From Macrostomum lignano (taxonomy: Eukaryota): a stretch of DNA of 64,000 nucleotides. Numbering within the stretch: position 1 is the first letter of the stretch; every line of letters begins with the position of its first letter. Shown piece after piece: positions 13,906-26,155 of the stretch. The stretch lies in contig NIVC01001101.1 in the NCBI GenBank assembly GCA_002269645.1, forward strand, positions 248,001 to 312,000, given 5' to 3'. A model generated the notes under the pieces. The model worked only from the letters and a program-made list of their open reading frames with translations. It did not search any database and had not been told where the DNA came from. The position numbers and the translations under genes were made by a program.

Positions 13906-14039
13906 AACTTCACAAAACAATGGCACACTTCAGAGCTGTAATACCATATGTTCCGAACAAGAAGCTGGCAAACCTGTTACTCATTACACTTTCCTGGCCC
14001 TCCTGTTCCTTTCCTCAAAAAATGAGCAATTCCCCCCAT

Positions 14040-14533
14040 AGTCCAGGCCCATCGCCATTTGCGGGCAACCCCTCACCCAGCCGCTCCAGCGGCAACCAAT
14101 AGCAAACCTTCCGAGGCCACGGGACCATCCCACCAAACCCCAACCCTCAGTCGTGTCCCGCCACCCCCAGCTCTCTGCTTGGCCGCTTACGCACCCCCAA
14201 GTTTTCGGCTCCCTTATATCAGATCAGATAGAATCAGACAGGCCGAGAGATCTCAGATCTATCGCTCATTTGTGGTGTCCACCGCCTCCGCTGTTGAACT
14301 GTTTGCCAACTCGCAGGCCCAGTCAGAGCCAAAGCTTAGGAATTTATCTGCACTTGGCATCGAGACGAGAGCTGTTGGAAGGCAAAGCACTATCTGATCA
14401 CAGCGTTGCTGGCGCTGCTAAGGGCACAGATTGGTCGACGGCTTTTTTGTCTCCTTTCCACATTCATTATCTCATCGCATTCGTTTCTCAATCAGCTGCA
14501 TTTGGGACGCGGCTTTAAAAGAAGAAAAAAGTG
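14040..14533 (+). promoter_or_regulatory. Putative proximal promoter and non-coding 5' exon of the GATA gene
   Basis: CGCCATTT (YY1-like) at 14053, CCAAT at 14096, AGATAG at 14226. Strong donor GTG|GTAAGT at 14533/14534 pairs with a CAG acceptor at 14623 (90-nt intron). An in-frame TAA at 14516 makes this exon non-coding. Confidence 0.45.
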
Positions 14534-14662
14534 GTAAGTTCACGTAGATTGTTAGACACAAATATCAACAAATTTTCGAAGGCTTTGATACAATGCTTCT
14601 CATTGTTTCCACACATCCAACAGCTCACCAACAGTGGACAGACAGCAGAGCCAGACAGCAGC

Positions 14663-14927
14663 ATGACAACGGAGATTCGGTCTGTAACGGGTCATTGGAC
14701 TCGACCTGACAATGGACTGCATGCCGCTGCGGCTGCCGCTGCTGCCGCCGCTGCCGCTCAGGCATCGTCGCCGACTCCCAGCCATCACCAGCTGATGTAC
14801 GACTGCGACTCCCCGACTCTGCAGCAGCAGCAGCAGCAGCAACATCACTTGCTGCAGGGAAACTGCAATGCTGTGGGATCCACAACCGTCATGGGATATC
14901 AGCACCTGCCCGCTGCCTATCAGTACA
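14663..14927 (+). CDS. gata123: GATA coding exon 1 (MTTEIRS...polyA/polyQ...[11 protein letters not shown])
   Basis: Donor A|GTGAGT at 14928, phase 1, matching the acceptor at 20750. Composition matches the downstream exon. Confidence 0.75.
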
Positions 14928-17900
14928 GTGAGTCTAATTGATTGCTGACATTCTGTCAGTCCCGTTCTGTCAGTCCCGTTCTGTCACTCCCGTTCTGTCA
15001 CTCCCGTTCTGTCACTCCCGTTCTGTCACTCCCGTTCTGTCACTCCCGTTCTGTCACTCCCGTTCTGTCACTCCCGTTCTGTCACTCCCGTTCTGTCACT
15101 CCCGTTCTGTCACTCCCGTTCTGTCACTCCCGTTCTGTCACTCCCGTTCTGTCACTCCCGTTCTGTCACTCCCGTTCTGTCACTCCCGTTCTGTCACTCC
15201 CGTTCTGTCACTCCCGTTCTGTCACTCCCGTTCTGTCACTCCCGTTCTGTCACTCCCGTTCTGTCACTCCCGTTCTGTCACTCCCGTTCTGTCACTCCCG
15301 TTCTGTCACTCCCGTTCTGCGCACTCGATTCGGGCATGCAGCTTAAGCTTCTAACCATGCAGCATCCATCAATCCACCCTATATAGTAAGTTAGCATTTC
15401 GTCACTAGCAAGTGCTGACAACAGTCAGTCAGTCACTAAATTGTATACATAATCTTCTTTCGTTGGTTAATTAACTATTTTGACTTGGCCCCTGTGTTAT
15501 GATAATCATAGTTAGAGTCAGAAAATTGTTAAGATTTTCTTCTTTGACTTTAGCTGCACTGGTCAGGAGAGTTGGTTGGCCATCTGCAGTTGTGTGTGTT
15601 TATTACTTTGGCAGCCACCAGTTGCAGGGGGGTCTTGGATTCTGCACGGTTCTAACTATATACACACACACTGGAGAATATATTAAGAATTCTTGAACAT
15701 CAATCGCAAGCAGGGCAAAGCAGCCAGTTGCATCAGTACCTACCAACGCCATCTTTATCGCTCCTAGAAGATCTCGATTCTCATCCTGCTGCAGATCTGT
15801 ATACAGATTCTGCTTTAGCAAACAAATTCAAAATTGTTGCTATTGGGGGGTTGCAGTTGGCAGCGTGTGGTTGGGTTGGGGCTGATTTAGAAATATTTTG
15901 CTATTTAGCCATCGCGTGTTTGGGAGCTCCATTCACGGTACTGCATGGCATGCCGAAAGCCAAACAGCATGCATGCAGTTAATCTTTCATCTATATCTAT
16001 TGCTAATCCCGTCCCCAATCCCGTAGCCTTCGCGCCGTTCTGGGTGGCTTCCCCACTGTGTCCAGGTTCAAAATATTCGACTTAGAAGCACGGATTTTCA
16101 GCACAATAAATAAATGTATCCCACGAATGCAAGGCGCGGAGAATATTGACTATAGATTCGCGGAGATTATGAGTATTCTCTGCTCCCTGTATTGTCTATG
16201 GTAGAAGAAAGTGTTCAATCAACCTCAATCTGTGGCTCACGGCGTTAATTTTATTGTCTATGGCAGCCGAGGAGATTTGCCATAGACATTCTCCGAGTTA
16301 GATTATACATTTAGTCACAATCACAAGCCCTAGCGAGAGCATTAGGGTGAATAAGGTTCCGGCCATAGACAAACTCGGGGAAGAAGATTTTATTCTACCC
16401 AAATTTGGAAGTTTAGTTCAACTGGTTATCTCCGCAAACGAATACTAAGCCTTACAAACTGCTAGCATTTGGTTGCCATTCGATTCACCCTTTCGCCGAT
16501 CTTTGCTTTGGTTTTCTTCAATCCAGTAGCAAGCAGGCGTTACACGCGAAGATGGAGCTGTCAAGATAATGTCGACTATTTGTATATATAGACCCATTGG
16601 CTATTGCAGATTCTACAATAACAGGAGTTCCTATCCCTATACCCATCACTATTTAGGTAGATTATTGAAAGTACAAAATCAAAAAAAGAATGATTTCTTT
16701 ATTCAGCAGAGTATGCGGGATGTTGATAGTGTGTTACAATTATCTGCGTGAGGCTAAGCGCGACTATCGTATATCTATGCACAGGAAAGATCTGAAAGCC
16801 AGATTAGAACATGGAAATAGTAACATGTGCTCAAAATCCGACCGATTTGCTCACTTTTTGGACGCCCACATTGTGTTGGCGTGGACTCTCTGCAACTCAA
16901 AGCCACCTGGCACAGGGGCGGCGAAGAAGCCACGCAATGTGGTCAGTATATTTAGCGGCCGAATCGACAGACGCGAGTGATGATAAGCATCTCGGACATT
17001 GTGAATGAACGCCATGCATGCAGAGCCCGCGCGGTCCAACCACCCGAGACTAAAGGCAAAGCGTAATGACTGGTGGGTGGGCCGGACGACGAGATGGGGG
17101 CTGAGGTGACCACAGTAGCGGCCGCTGAGCTCGATTCTCTCTTTTCTTTCAGTTTCAGTCCCATTTTAGGCGCCTTTAAAAGTTTCTGTTAGTTGCCTTT
17201 TCACCCATTTTTGAGGGTACCTCACCTGACATCCATTTTAGGTCAGTCTGACACCGCATTTTAGGTCAGTCTGTCATCGCATTTTAAGTCAGTCTGACAT
17301 CTCAATTTAGGTCAGTCTGACATCTCAATTTAGGTCAGTCTGACATCTCATTTTAGGCCAATCTGACATCGCATTTTAGGTCAGTCTGTCATTTAATTTT
17401 AGGTCAGTCTGACATCTTATTTTAGGTCAGTCTGTCATCGCATTTTAGTTCTGTCTGACATCTCAATTTAGGACATTCCTGACATCTCAGTTTAGGACAT
17501 TCCTGACATCTCAATTTAGGACATTCCTGACATCTCAATTTAGGTCATCCCTGACATCTCAATTTAGGATATTCCTGACGTCTCAGTTTAAGACATTCCT
17601 GACATCTCAATTTAGGACATTCCTGACATCTCAATTTAGGACATTCCTGACATCTTAGTTTAGGACATTCCTGACATCTCAGTTTAGGACATTCCAGACA
17701 TCTCATTACCGGCTTATTAGAGAACAAATGAGATTTGTTTTAAGTTCGACTTATATTGAGATGGATAGCGAGAGAGAAAAGAGCGTAACTCCTATGAAAC
17801 AATATTTTAGAATCCGACTCGGAGAAGTGGTTCTCTACATGACCAGCGAATAAGGCTCATAAAACTTGTGACTTTAAACAAAATCCTGCAGCATAAAGAG

Positions 17901-20900
17901 GAAACTCGAACTCTATTTTATGACTTCTTGGTCGGCTTTAATCTGGAATCTTACTCTAACGTAATCAGAGATGCCAATCTATAGCCTCTTTAATGGTTAG
18001 GACAGGTCCCAGACTCTGTAATCCACATGCTTTCAACCTGTACAAAAAGAGTTTCAAGAGCCATCAAAACTCTGTGTTTTAGAGTAATAAGTGATAAAAG
18101 ACAGTTTGTCAGGCAACACATGGATTAGCTTACTCCTTGACTTGTTCTGCCTTTTTATTGTCAGACGAACAGCAATTGTTGCTTCAAAAGTTTTATAGCG
18201 GCGCCAGAGTGTGTATAGGTATGGCCTGATCCCTGATCCCCTTCAGCTCAAGCTGATCCTGGATCAGCTCAGGTTACAAATCGAATTGTCTCTTCTTATC
18301 AATGATTTTCAATCTTAACCCAATCTAACACTCTCATCTCACCCGTCTCATCTCACCCGTCTCATCCCACCCGTCTCATCTCGCCCGTCTCATCTCACTA
18401 GTCTCATCTCCCCGTCTCATCTCGTCCGTCTCATCTCGCCCGTCTCATCTCACCCCTCTCATCTCATCCCGTCTCATCTCGACCGTCTCATCTCACCCCT
18501 CTCATCTCACTCGTCTCATCTCACCCGTCTCATCTCGCCTGTCTCATCTCGCCCATCTCATCTCAACCCGTCTCATCTCACCCGTCTCACCCCACCCGTC
18601 TCATCCCACTCCCGTCTCATCTCACCCTGTCTCATCTCGGCCGTCTCATCTCGCCCGTCTCATCTCACCCCTCTCATCTCACTCGTCTCATCTCACCCGT
18701 CTTAACTTAGCCGTCGTATCTAAACCACAAAAGTCTCATCTCATCCCTGCCATCTTGCTCGCCTCTAATATCTCAATTAGCCGCCAATCTTGTCAACTTT
18801 TTTTTATAATTTCCCCAACAAAAAATTCTCAAAGGATTCCCAAAAAAGCTAAAAATTGCATTGCAGAATTTCAAAAAAACTTTTTTTTGCTGCTCAAGCC
18901 CCCAGACCTCCACAAAGACGAGATGAGCATGCAAATGCAACAGAAGGGCTGAAATGATTTTTTTGAATAATTAAATTAGCATTCCTTGTCTGTCCTGTCT
19001 TGTCTTTCTTTGGCGGTGTTTTGAAAATATGGCTGCAAAAAATGCTTTAAAAAACTGGTAACCTACCATACAAACCCGCACCCCATAACAGCAGAGCTGA
19101 ATGTGTTGCCAAGCTGTTTTAAATTGTCATGTTACAGAAAACTTCAAACATCTGTGAAAGAGACTGAAAATCTACAGTTATTATTGAGAGGGGATTAGCC
19201 TGATGAGCAACAGGGAACCACCAAACCCCATGGGAAAAGCGAGTTGGGGGGGCAGAATTTTTGAGTAACACACGAGTTTTTCAGCTTCATCTTTATGCTC
19301 AACTTTTTATGAGCTGCTTCTTTCATTCTGGCGAAAGAAGATTGTTCTATAGATCTAAGCTCGGATGTTCTATAGATCTAAGCTTGGTTGTTCTATAAAT
19401 CTAAGCTCGAATGTTCTATAGATATAAGCTTTGTTGTTCTATAGATCTAAGCCTGGTTGTTCTATAGAACTAATCTTGGTTGTTCTATAGATCTAAGCTC
19501 GGATGTTCTATAGATATAAGCTTTGTTGTTCTATAGATCTAAGCTCGGATGTTCTATAGATATAAGCTTTGTTGTTCTATAGATCTAAGCCTGGTTGTTC
19601 TATAGATCTAAGCTTGGTTGTTCTACAGATGTAAGCTTGGATTTTCTATAGATCTAGGCTTGGATGTTCTATAGATCTAAGCTTGGATGTTCTATAGATC
19701 TAAGCTTGGTTGTTCTATAGATCTAGTTCTATAGATCTAATCTTCGTGTAGATCTAAGATCAGTTAGTCTATAGATCTAAGCTTGGTTGTTCTATAGATC
19801 TAGGCCTGGTTGCTCTATAGATAAAAGCCTAATATGCTAAGAACTCTTTGATATTTTAAATTATGGATCTATTATAGATCTAGTCATATATCTCTATAAG
19901 AAATTTTCATTTCCTTGACAGTTGGCAGTTAGGCTGACAGTCTGGTTTCCTGCATCAAGTAAGCAATTGTCGCAATTTTTTGCAACAAGAACAAGACCAA
20001 CAAAAAAGCAACACAAGTTGCTTATTTCAGTGCACTGCGAGTCTGTAGAGACCCGGATCAAAAAAAGGTTTCAACACAACAGAGAGGCGCCAGCGGGTCT
20101 GGTCTGAAAAGGCAAAAGCTTTAGTAATAAGTAATATAATAACCATAGATATGCTTATACTTATTGCATTTCCACCTAGCACTATACCCGAGGAGAGAGA
20201 GAGAGAGAGAGTATTGGGAAGAATTTCAACACGGGGGTGTCTGGCTGACAAGAGAGGCATGCGGCGGGGGGGGGGTCTCGTGGCGCCGAACCGAGACCAT
20301 CAAAAATTGCAACGCAAACAACCGAGGCACAGAGCCAAAATTTCAAGTCCTCTCTCTCTCTGTTTGACAACCTCCGCTTCTCCCCCCCCCCCCTGAGATT
20401 CCTTTATAACTTCCCAAGAGAACGAGGTGCAACTCGCTTTCCAAATGATCGCAAAAGGACACCAAGAGTTGGGACAAAGACCTGACCATAACGGGGCGGT
20501 GTTCATAACTCGGGTATATATATATACACAACCAGTACCGCATTCCCAACCATATAAGCGAAAAAACTATCAACCTGAAGTGGAGAGAAAGCAACAGTCT
20601 GCCTACAAGTTGTTTGCCAGATCAAACGGTGCTTAACAGAGATTAGTTTGTAGTTTTGTACAGCATGCTTACAGCAGCAAATTTTACCGCATTCGGTCCC
20701 ATCCCGATGCTCGTGGCACCGGCTCCGTCATCGCTGTTTTATTCCGCAGATCATCAGCAGTACAACCGATCGTCCGCTCAGAGATTTGCCTGGATGTCAG
20801 CTCAGCAGCAACAACAGCAGCAGCAACCGCAGCAGCAGCATCACCAGTGGTTTAGCCAGCACGGTCTTGGGCATCAGCACTATCAACAGCAGGTGCAGCA

Positions 20901-23900
20901 GCAGCAGCAGCAGCTTCCATTCGCCACAGCTGGCACTCCGGAGACTCCACCGGCAACTATTCCGGTGTCAGTCGGCTTCATCAACACCAGCAACAGCGGC
21001 AACAACTGCAACAGCAGCAGCTACCTGCAACATGCCGCCTATCAATCATTCTTGAACGGTGTCTCCGGCTCCGCCTCCTCCACTGGCATCTCTGTCAAAG
21101 GTGAGCCGCCAGAAGGCCTGTCGCTGCCGCTGTCGCGGTCGCAGAACTCAGCGGCCCTGCACGAGGAGGCGTCCGCGGTTGACCTGTTGAACAACCAGAG
21201 CGGCAGCAACGATCACGAGACCACGGCGGCTACCGACGATCGGCGAAGGCGGAGCAGCACCGAGGACCCCGGAGATGTCACTAGCGGAGTGCCGGAGGAG
21301 CAGGACGAGCGGGAAGACCCGGACGACGTCAGCTGCTACCATGACGGAGCCTCAGCGGCTGTGGCGGCGGCCTCAGCCCAGCAGTCGTTGGCTTGGGCAG
21401 CAGCTGCAGCCGCCGCAGCGGCCTCACAGCAGCATCAGCAGCATCAACAACAGCAACAGCAGCAGCAACAGCAGATGCTGCAGACTCCGCTGCCTCATCA
21501 CCAGATCAATGGTCAGCATCTTCTGCTTCCGGAGCAGCAGCAGGAGCTTCAGCTGCAGCAGCAGCAGCATCAGGAGCATCATCAGACACCACAAAATCAG
21601 ATTCTGCCTCCCCTACCGCCGCCAGCGTCTCGGCAGACTTCCACGGGTAAAAAGTCTGGCGGCGGAGGCGGCAGCGCCGCTACGGAAGGTCGCGAGTGCG
21701 TCAACTGCGGCGCCACCAGCACGCCGTTGTGGCGCCGAGATGGCGCCGGTCACTACCTGTGCAACGCGTGCGGCCTCTACCAGAAGATGAACGGCAGCGC
21801 AAGACCGCTGGTGAAGCCCAAGAGGAGGCTGGTGAGTGGCGAGTTTGACTAACTGCTGGGATCTGTGAATGGGTTGCTCAGTGGCGCACTTTAAGCGACA
21901 TTGTCACACAACCGGCGAGAGGCATTGCTGCCCATTCTGCCGACTCCCCTAAGCAAGTATACAAGCGCGCGGATACAGCCCCAACTTTATTTATCGTTAG
22001 GCATGTACACTTAACTGGGCCCTGGGGGTTGGCCCTCAAGGCCGTTAATTGCGAGAGCGGAGCCAAGCCGAGATTCCAATTCAGCCCCAAATTAATGCGA
22101 CTGCACTTGGAATCGAGCCTGGGCCGCTAAGCACCATAGCTTTCAAAAATTTCAAATTTTAATGCAAAAGAAATTTTCTAAACCAACTTCAATATTTATT
22201 CAGACCAGTACTGCACCGTGACAGCTACAAGAATCCCAAAATCCATCACGTCAACAGATTGATAAATCTATGCAAATTTCAAAGCTTACAAAAGCCAACG
22301 AAAATCCCTAAAGAATTAAAAAAATACTTCACTCATTATTAAGCTTCCTTAAATCCTCCTCAGTGATGTTTCTTCAGCCAGAGCTTCAGACCCAACAATT
22401 GACCCATCAACCTTATAGCGCCGGTGTGTTTGCAGAATGGAAGCTGAAGTTTATCTGTATCGGCGCATCGGGTCTGCGTTCCTCCTTTCCTGTCTACCTC
22501 TCGTTCAGAGAGAGGTCCATGAACCTACGGAGGCTTGGGGCTTGAGGTAAATTTTATCAGCTCAACCATCTCCAAACCTCGACCTAGGCAAGGGGGGCGC
22601 GGCCTCCGGTTTTCTCCACTTTTCGTGGCAGGTCTCGGCGGGAGGTCCTCAAGGGGGGGGGGTATTTCATGCCGACAGGCACAGACCAACAGAATGTCCA
22701 TCAATTCTCTATTTATTCTTTCATTCGATGATTCCTTGAATCGTGAACCCCATACCCTATCCCAGTCTCGTGTACCACCAGAATGATTGTTAAATTTAAT
22801 AATAAATTGACAACAATTATTCAAATCAGTTTCGAACTCTGTTCCCCTCTTTGCTTCTCTCCTCTCTCCTCTCTCTTCTCTCCCTTCTCTCTCCCTCTCT
22901 GGGTCCTCTCCCCGTGTCTCCCCATCCGCTCTCTCCCTTCTCTCCCTCTCTCTCCTCTATCTCCTCCTCTCTTCCCTCTCTCTAGCCTCTCTCTCCCCGC
23001 TCCCCTCACTCTTTCTCTTTTCTCTGGTCTTCCACAAAAAGCACGGCGGATCTGCACCACCGATTAGGATAATTACATATTAGGGAAAGGTAACTAGGTA
23101 GATTTGACAAGCGCCTAATCGTCTTGTTACCAACGACCAAGTTTCGATGCGGTCTGCAGAGCTTCCTTTTCAACTCTATAGGCAAGACACAATGGAAGCG
23201 CTGGATTATGAAAAAACCACAAAGTGTACGGGCTGTCAAAGATGAGGGTTAAAAAGTCGATTAAGCTGTCAAAAGGTGGCGGGAAGCGACTGTGAGACCG
23301 GACTTAATTAAGGGGTTTCTCACGTCGCTTTCGTCCGACTGGCTAAGCAAAGTTTTCAGCAAAATTAACGCACTGGAATAAATTTCTTCTTTTTTGCAGA
23401 CAACCACCCGCCGGGTTGGCATCATCTGCTCGAACTGCAACACAACATCCACCACTCTCTGGCGCAGGAATGGCAACGGCGAACCCGTGTGCAACGCATG
23501 CGGTCTTTATTACAAGCTGCACAGCGTGAGTTGCCGGAATTCGATGGTCTTTGTTGTCTCAAGAAACATCCTTCACATCCGCTGAATTTCTGCAGTTTAT
23601 GAAAAATAACAATAAATCATAGAGCACAAGACCGGATTTCAGAGAGTCTTTGTTTCCCAATTGGCTCCATTATTGCGAGGTCTTTGTTGCAAATTAATTC
23701 GAAAAACTTGTTAAAAGAACTGTCAGTTAGAATAACAAATTTTCAAGACCACTGTCGCAGTGTGAGAGTATTTCCACTGATTGGTATACTTACGGAATTA
23801 AGTATTTAAAGAGCAATTTTCTAAACATTTCCTATATTCATAAAGCGCACAGGATTTCAATTAAAAGTCTCTAACTAGGAGTTAATTGCTGAAATTTAAT

Positions 23901-25143
23901 GCTGCAGATAAGATTAGCCATTGACTTTCAACTTATAATTTTTGATTTTCTAATAATTCCTCCAAACTATAACAATACCAAATATTCATCTGGGTTCAGC
24001 AATAGAAGTTCCATTAGAATCCCCATTACAACCCTCATTAGAATCCTCATTAGACTCCTCATTAGAATCCTCATTAGAACCCTCATTAGAACCCTCATTG
24101 GAACCCTCATTAGAATCCTCATTAGAACACTCATTAGAATCCCCATTAGAATACCCCTTAGAATCCTCATTAGAATCCTCATAAGAAACCTCATTAGAAT
24201 CCTCATTAGAATCCTCATTAGAACCCTCATTAGAATCCTCATTAGAACCCCTTGTTAGAAGCCTCATTAGAACCCACATTAGAATCCCCATTAGAATCCT
24301 AATTAGAATCCTCATTAGAATCCTCATTAGAATCCCCATTAGAACCCCCATTAGAATCCCCATTAGAATCCCCATTAGAACCCCCATTAGAATCCTCATT
24401 AGAACCATCAATAGAACCCCCATTAGAATCCTCATTAGAACCCTCATTAGAACCCCCATTAGAATCCTCATTAGAACCCTTATTAGAACCCCCATTAGAA
24501 TCCTCATTAGAACCCTCAATAGAACCCTCATTAGAACCATCCAACTAACTCACTGCAGGTGAACCGGCCGGTCTCAATGAAGAAAGACGGCATCCAGACT
24601 CGAAACCGACGACTATCGCAGAAGTCGAAAAAGCGACGTCGATCAGGCGGCGGCGTCGGTCCAATCCCCGGCGGCGGCGGCGGTTTGATCAGCGCCGGTT
24701 CCATGTCGATTGTGGGCGCGGATTTCAGCCACCACCATCATCATCATCACCACCAGTTCATGGACTCGCACCAGTCCGCCACCGACTATCTGCACAAGTT
24801 CGGCGCCGCTCTGTCGGTCGGACCGCCGACAGCCTCCGTGATCCCGGCAGCGTCGGCCTACTACTGGCACGGAGCCTACGGCAGGGCGGCGGCCGCCGCG
24901 GCTGCAGCCTCCGGCCAGACAGTGACGCCTCATCATCAGCAGCAACAGCATCACCAGTTCCAGCAGTATCCGCAGTCGCAGCCTCATCAGCTTCATCAGC
25001 AACAGCACAGTCCAATGGGCTACGGACTGCAGACTCCTCCAGCACCTGGCCTGATGGCAGCTGATCATTCATCGGTTGCAGCCGCAGCCTACATGTCGCA
25101 GCACCCGGCAGCGCATCCCTACCCCACCAACCTGACCATTTAG
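14663..25143 (+). CDS. gata123: GATA1/2/3-class (grain-like) double zinc-finger transcription factor; coding exons 14663-14927, 20750-21831, 23400-23525, 24559-25143 (~685 aa)
   Basis: N-finger [47 protein letters not shown]; C-finger [33 protein letters not shown]; basic tail [34 protein letters not shown] and TRNR place it in GATA123 rather than GATA456. GT-AG sites give matching phases 1/0/0, at the intron positions conserved in GATA genes. Confidence 0.93.
14952..15318. repeat. 14-bp minisatellite (CTGTCACTCCCGTT)n, ~26 copies
   Basis: Period 14; begins ~25 nt after the GATA exon donor. Confidence 0.97.
17222..17703. repeat. 23-24-bp minisatellite (TTTAGGACATTCCTGACATCTCAA)n with a graded variant change
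   Basis: GGTCAGTCTGAC variants at the 5' end, GGACATTCCTGAC variants at the 3' end. Confidence 0.92.
18333..18752. repeat. ~14-bp minisatellite (GTCTCATCTCACCC)n
   Basis: Period 14-15. Confidence 0.92.
19344..19822. repeat. 23-bp minisatellite (GTTCTATAGATCTAAGCTTGGTT)n
   Basis: Period 23; palindromic TAGATCTA and AAGCTT cores. Confidence 0.93.
20750..21831 (+). CDS. gata123: GATA exon with polyQ/polyA activation region and N-terminal zinc finger
   Basis: Acceptor TTTTATTCCGCAG|; donor CTG|GTGAGT after KPKRRL. Confidence 0.92.
23400..23525 (+). CDS. gata123: GATA C-terminal zinc finger exon
   Basis: TTTTTGCAG|ACAACC...CACAGC|GTGAGT; 42 codons containing CxxC-x17-CxxC. Confidence 0.96.
24010..24540. 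repeat. 12-bp minisatellite (CATTAGAATCCT)n in the last GATA intron
   Basis: About 44 copies, ending at the branch point. Confidence 0.95.
24559..25143 (+). CDS. gata123: GATA last coding exon (basic tail, His8 tract, Q/A-rich C-terminus)
   Basis: CTAAC branch point followed by CACTGCAG|GTGAAC; stop TAG at 25141; AATAAA at 25344. Confidence 0.92.
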   Translation: MNRPVSMKKDGIQTRNRRLSQKSKKRRRSGGGVGPIPGGGGGLISAGSMSIVGADFSHHHHHHHHQFMDSHQSATDYLHKFGAALSVGPPTASVIPAASAYYWHGAYGRAAAAAAAASGQTVTPHHQQQQHHQFQQYPQSQPHQLHQQQHSPMGYGLQTPPAPGLMAADHSSVAAAAYMSQHPAAHPYPTNLTI

Positions 25144-25679
25144 TTAAGCAGTAAAACAAAAACAAAACGCGGAAAAACAAATTAACGACTGCTTTTTTGC
25201 CTTTTATCTGTCGGATTTTAATGTCGACTAGCTGATTGTCAAGTTCTATCCATATGTCTATTTTTTGTTCCATCATAATTGCTCCATGGAATTAATTTGA
25301 CGTAGGTCAATAATAGTCAATTTTTACGCAGCAATTAAAATGCAATAAATTTGTTTAACCTGTTTCATTTGTTCCATTCAAATTTAGCAATAACTTTTGT
25401 TATAAATTTGCATCATTTTTTTCGGTTTGTAAAAAACAACAAGTTGATTAAATTTGGCAATTGCATGTTTCGATGAAGATTTGGCAAATAATAATTCGAA
25501 CGCAATACGATAAATTGATAGTTGTATTTTAATTTTGTATCACGCTGCCAGCTCTCAAAGTCATTTTCCAATTGTGTCTCGTGTAGTCAATAATCAACTG
25601 AGTGATTTTCCATTTACCAAACTGACTTTTATCGGTCTTGGAAAATACTCGTAACTCTTTGATTTAAAAACAACTATAA

Positions 25680-26155
25680 TAGGCGCCAAGCTTAAAGATA
25701 ATTGGCGCCAAGCTTAAGATAATAGGCGCCAAGCTTAAAGATAATTGGCGCCAAGCTTAAGGATAAATGGGCACCAAGCTTAAATAGAATGGGCGCCAAG
25801 CTTAAAGATATGGGCGCCAAGCTTAAAGATAAATAGGCGCCACGCTTAAATAGAATGGGCGCCCAGCTTAAAAATAATGGGCGCCAAGCTTAAGGATAAT
25901 GGGCACCAAGATTAAAGATAATATTCACCAAGCTTAAGATAATGGGCGCCAAGCTTAAGATCATAGGCGCCAAGCTTAAGGATAATGGGCACCAAGATTA
26001 AAGATATGGTCGCTAAGCTTGTAAGATAATTGGTGCCAAGCATAAGATAATGGTCGCTAAGCTTAAGATAAATGGGCGCCAAGATTAAGATAAATGGGCG
26101 CCAAGCTTAAGATTAAGGGTGCCAAGCTTAAGATAAAGGGCGCCAAGCTTAAGAT
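25680..26155. repeat. ~22-bp minisatellite (GGCGCCAAGCTTAAGATAAT..)n
   Basis: About 21 diverged copies. Confidence 0.92.

Noticed and set aside
21832-23399. Vertebrate Gata2 +9.5-like E-box/GATA composite enhancer in the inter-finger intron
   Set aside because: Only isolated WGATAR sites (e.g. 22260, 22451); no CANNTG at the expected spacing.
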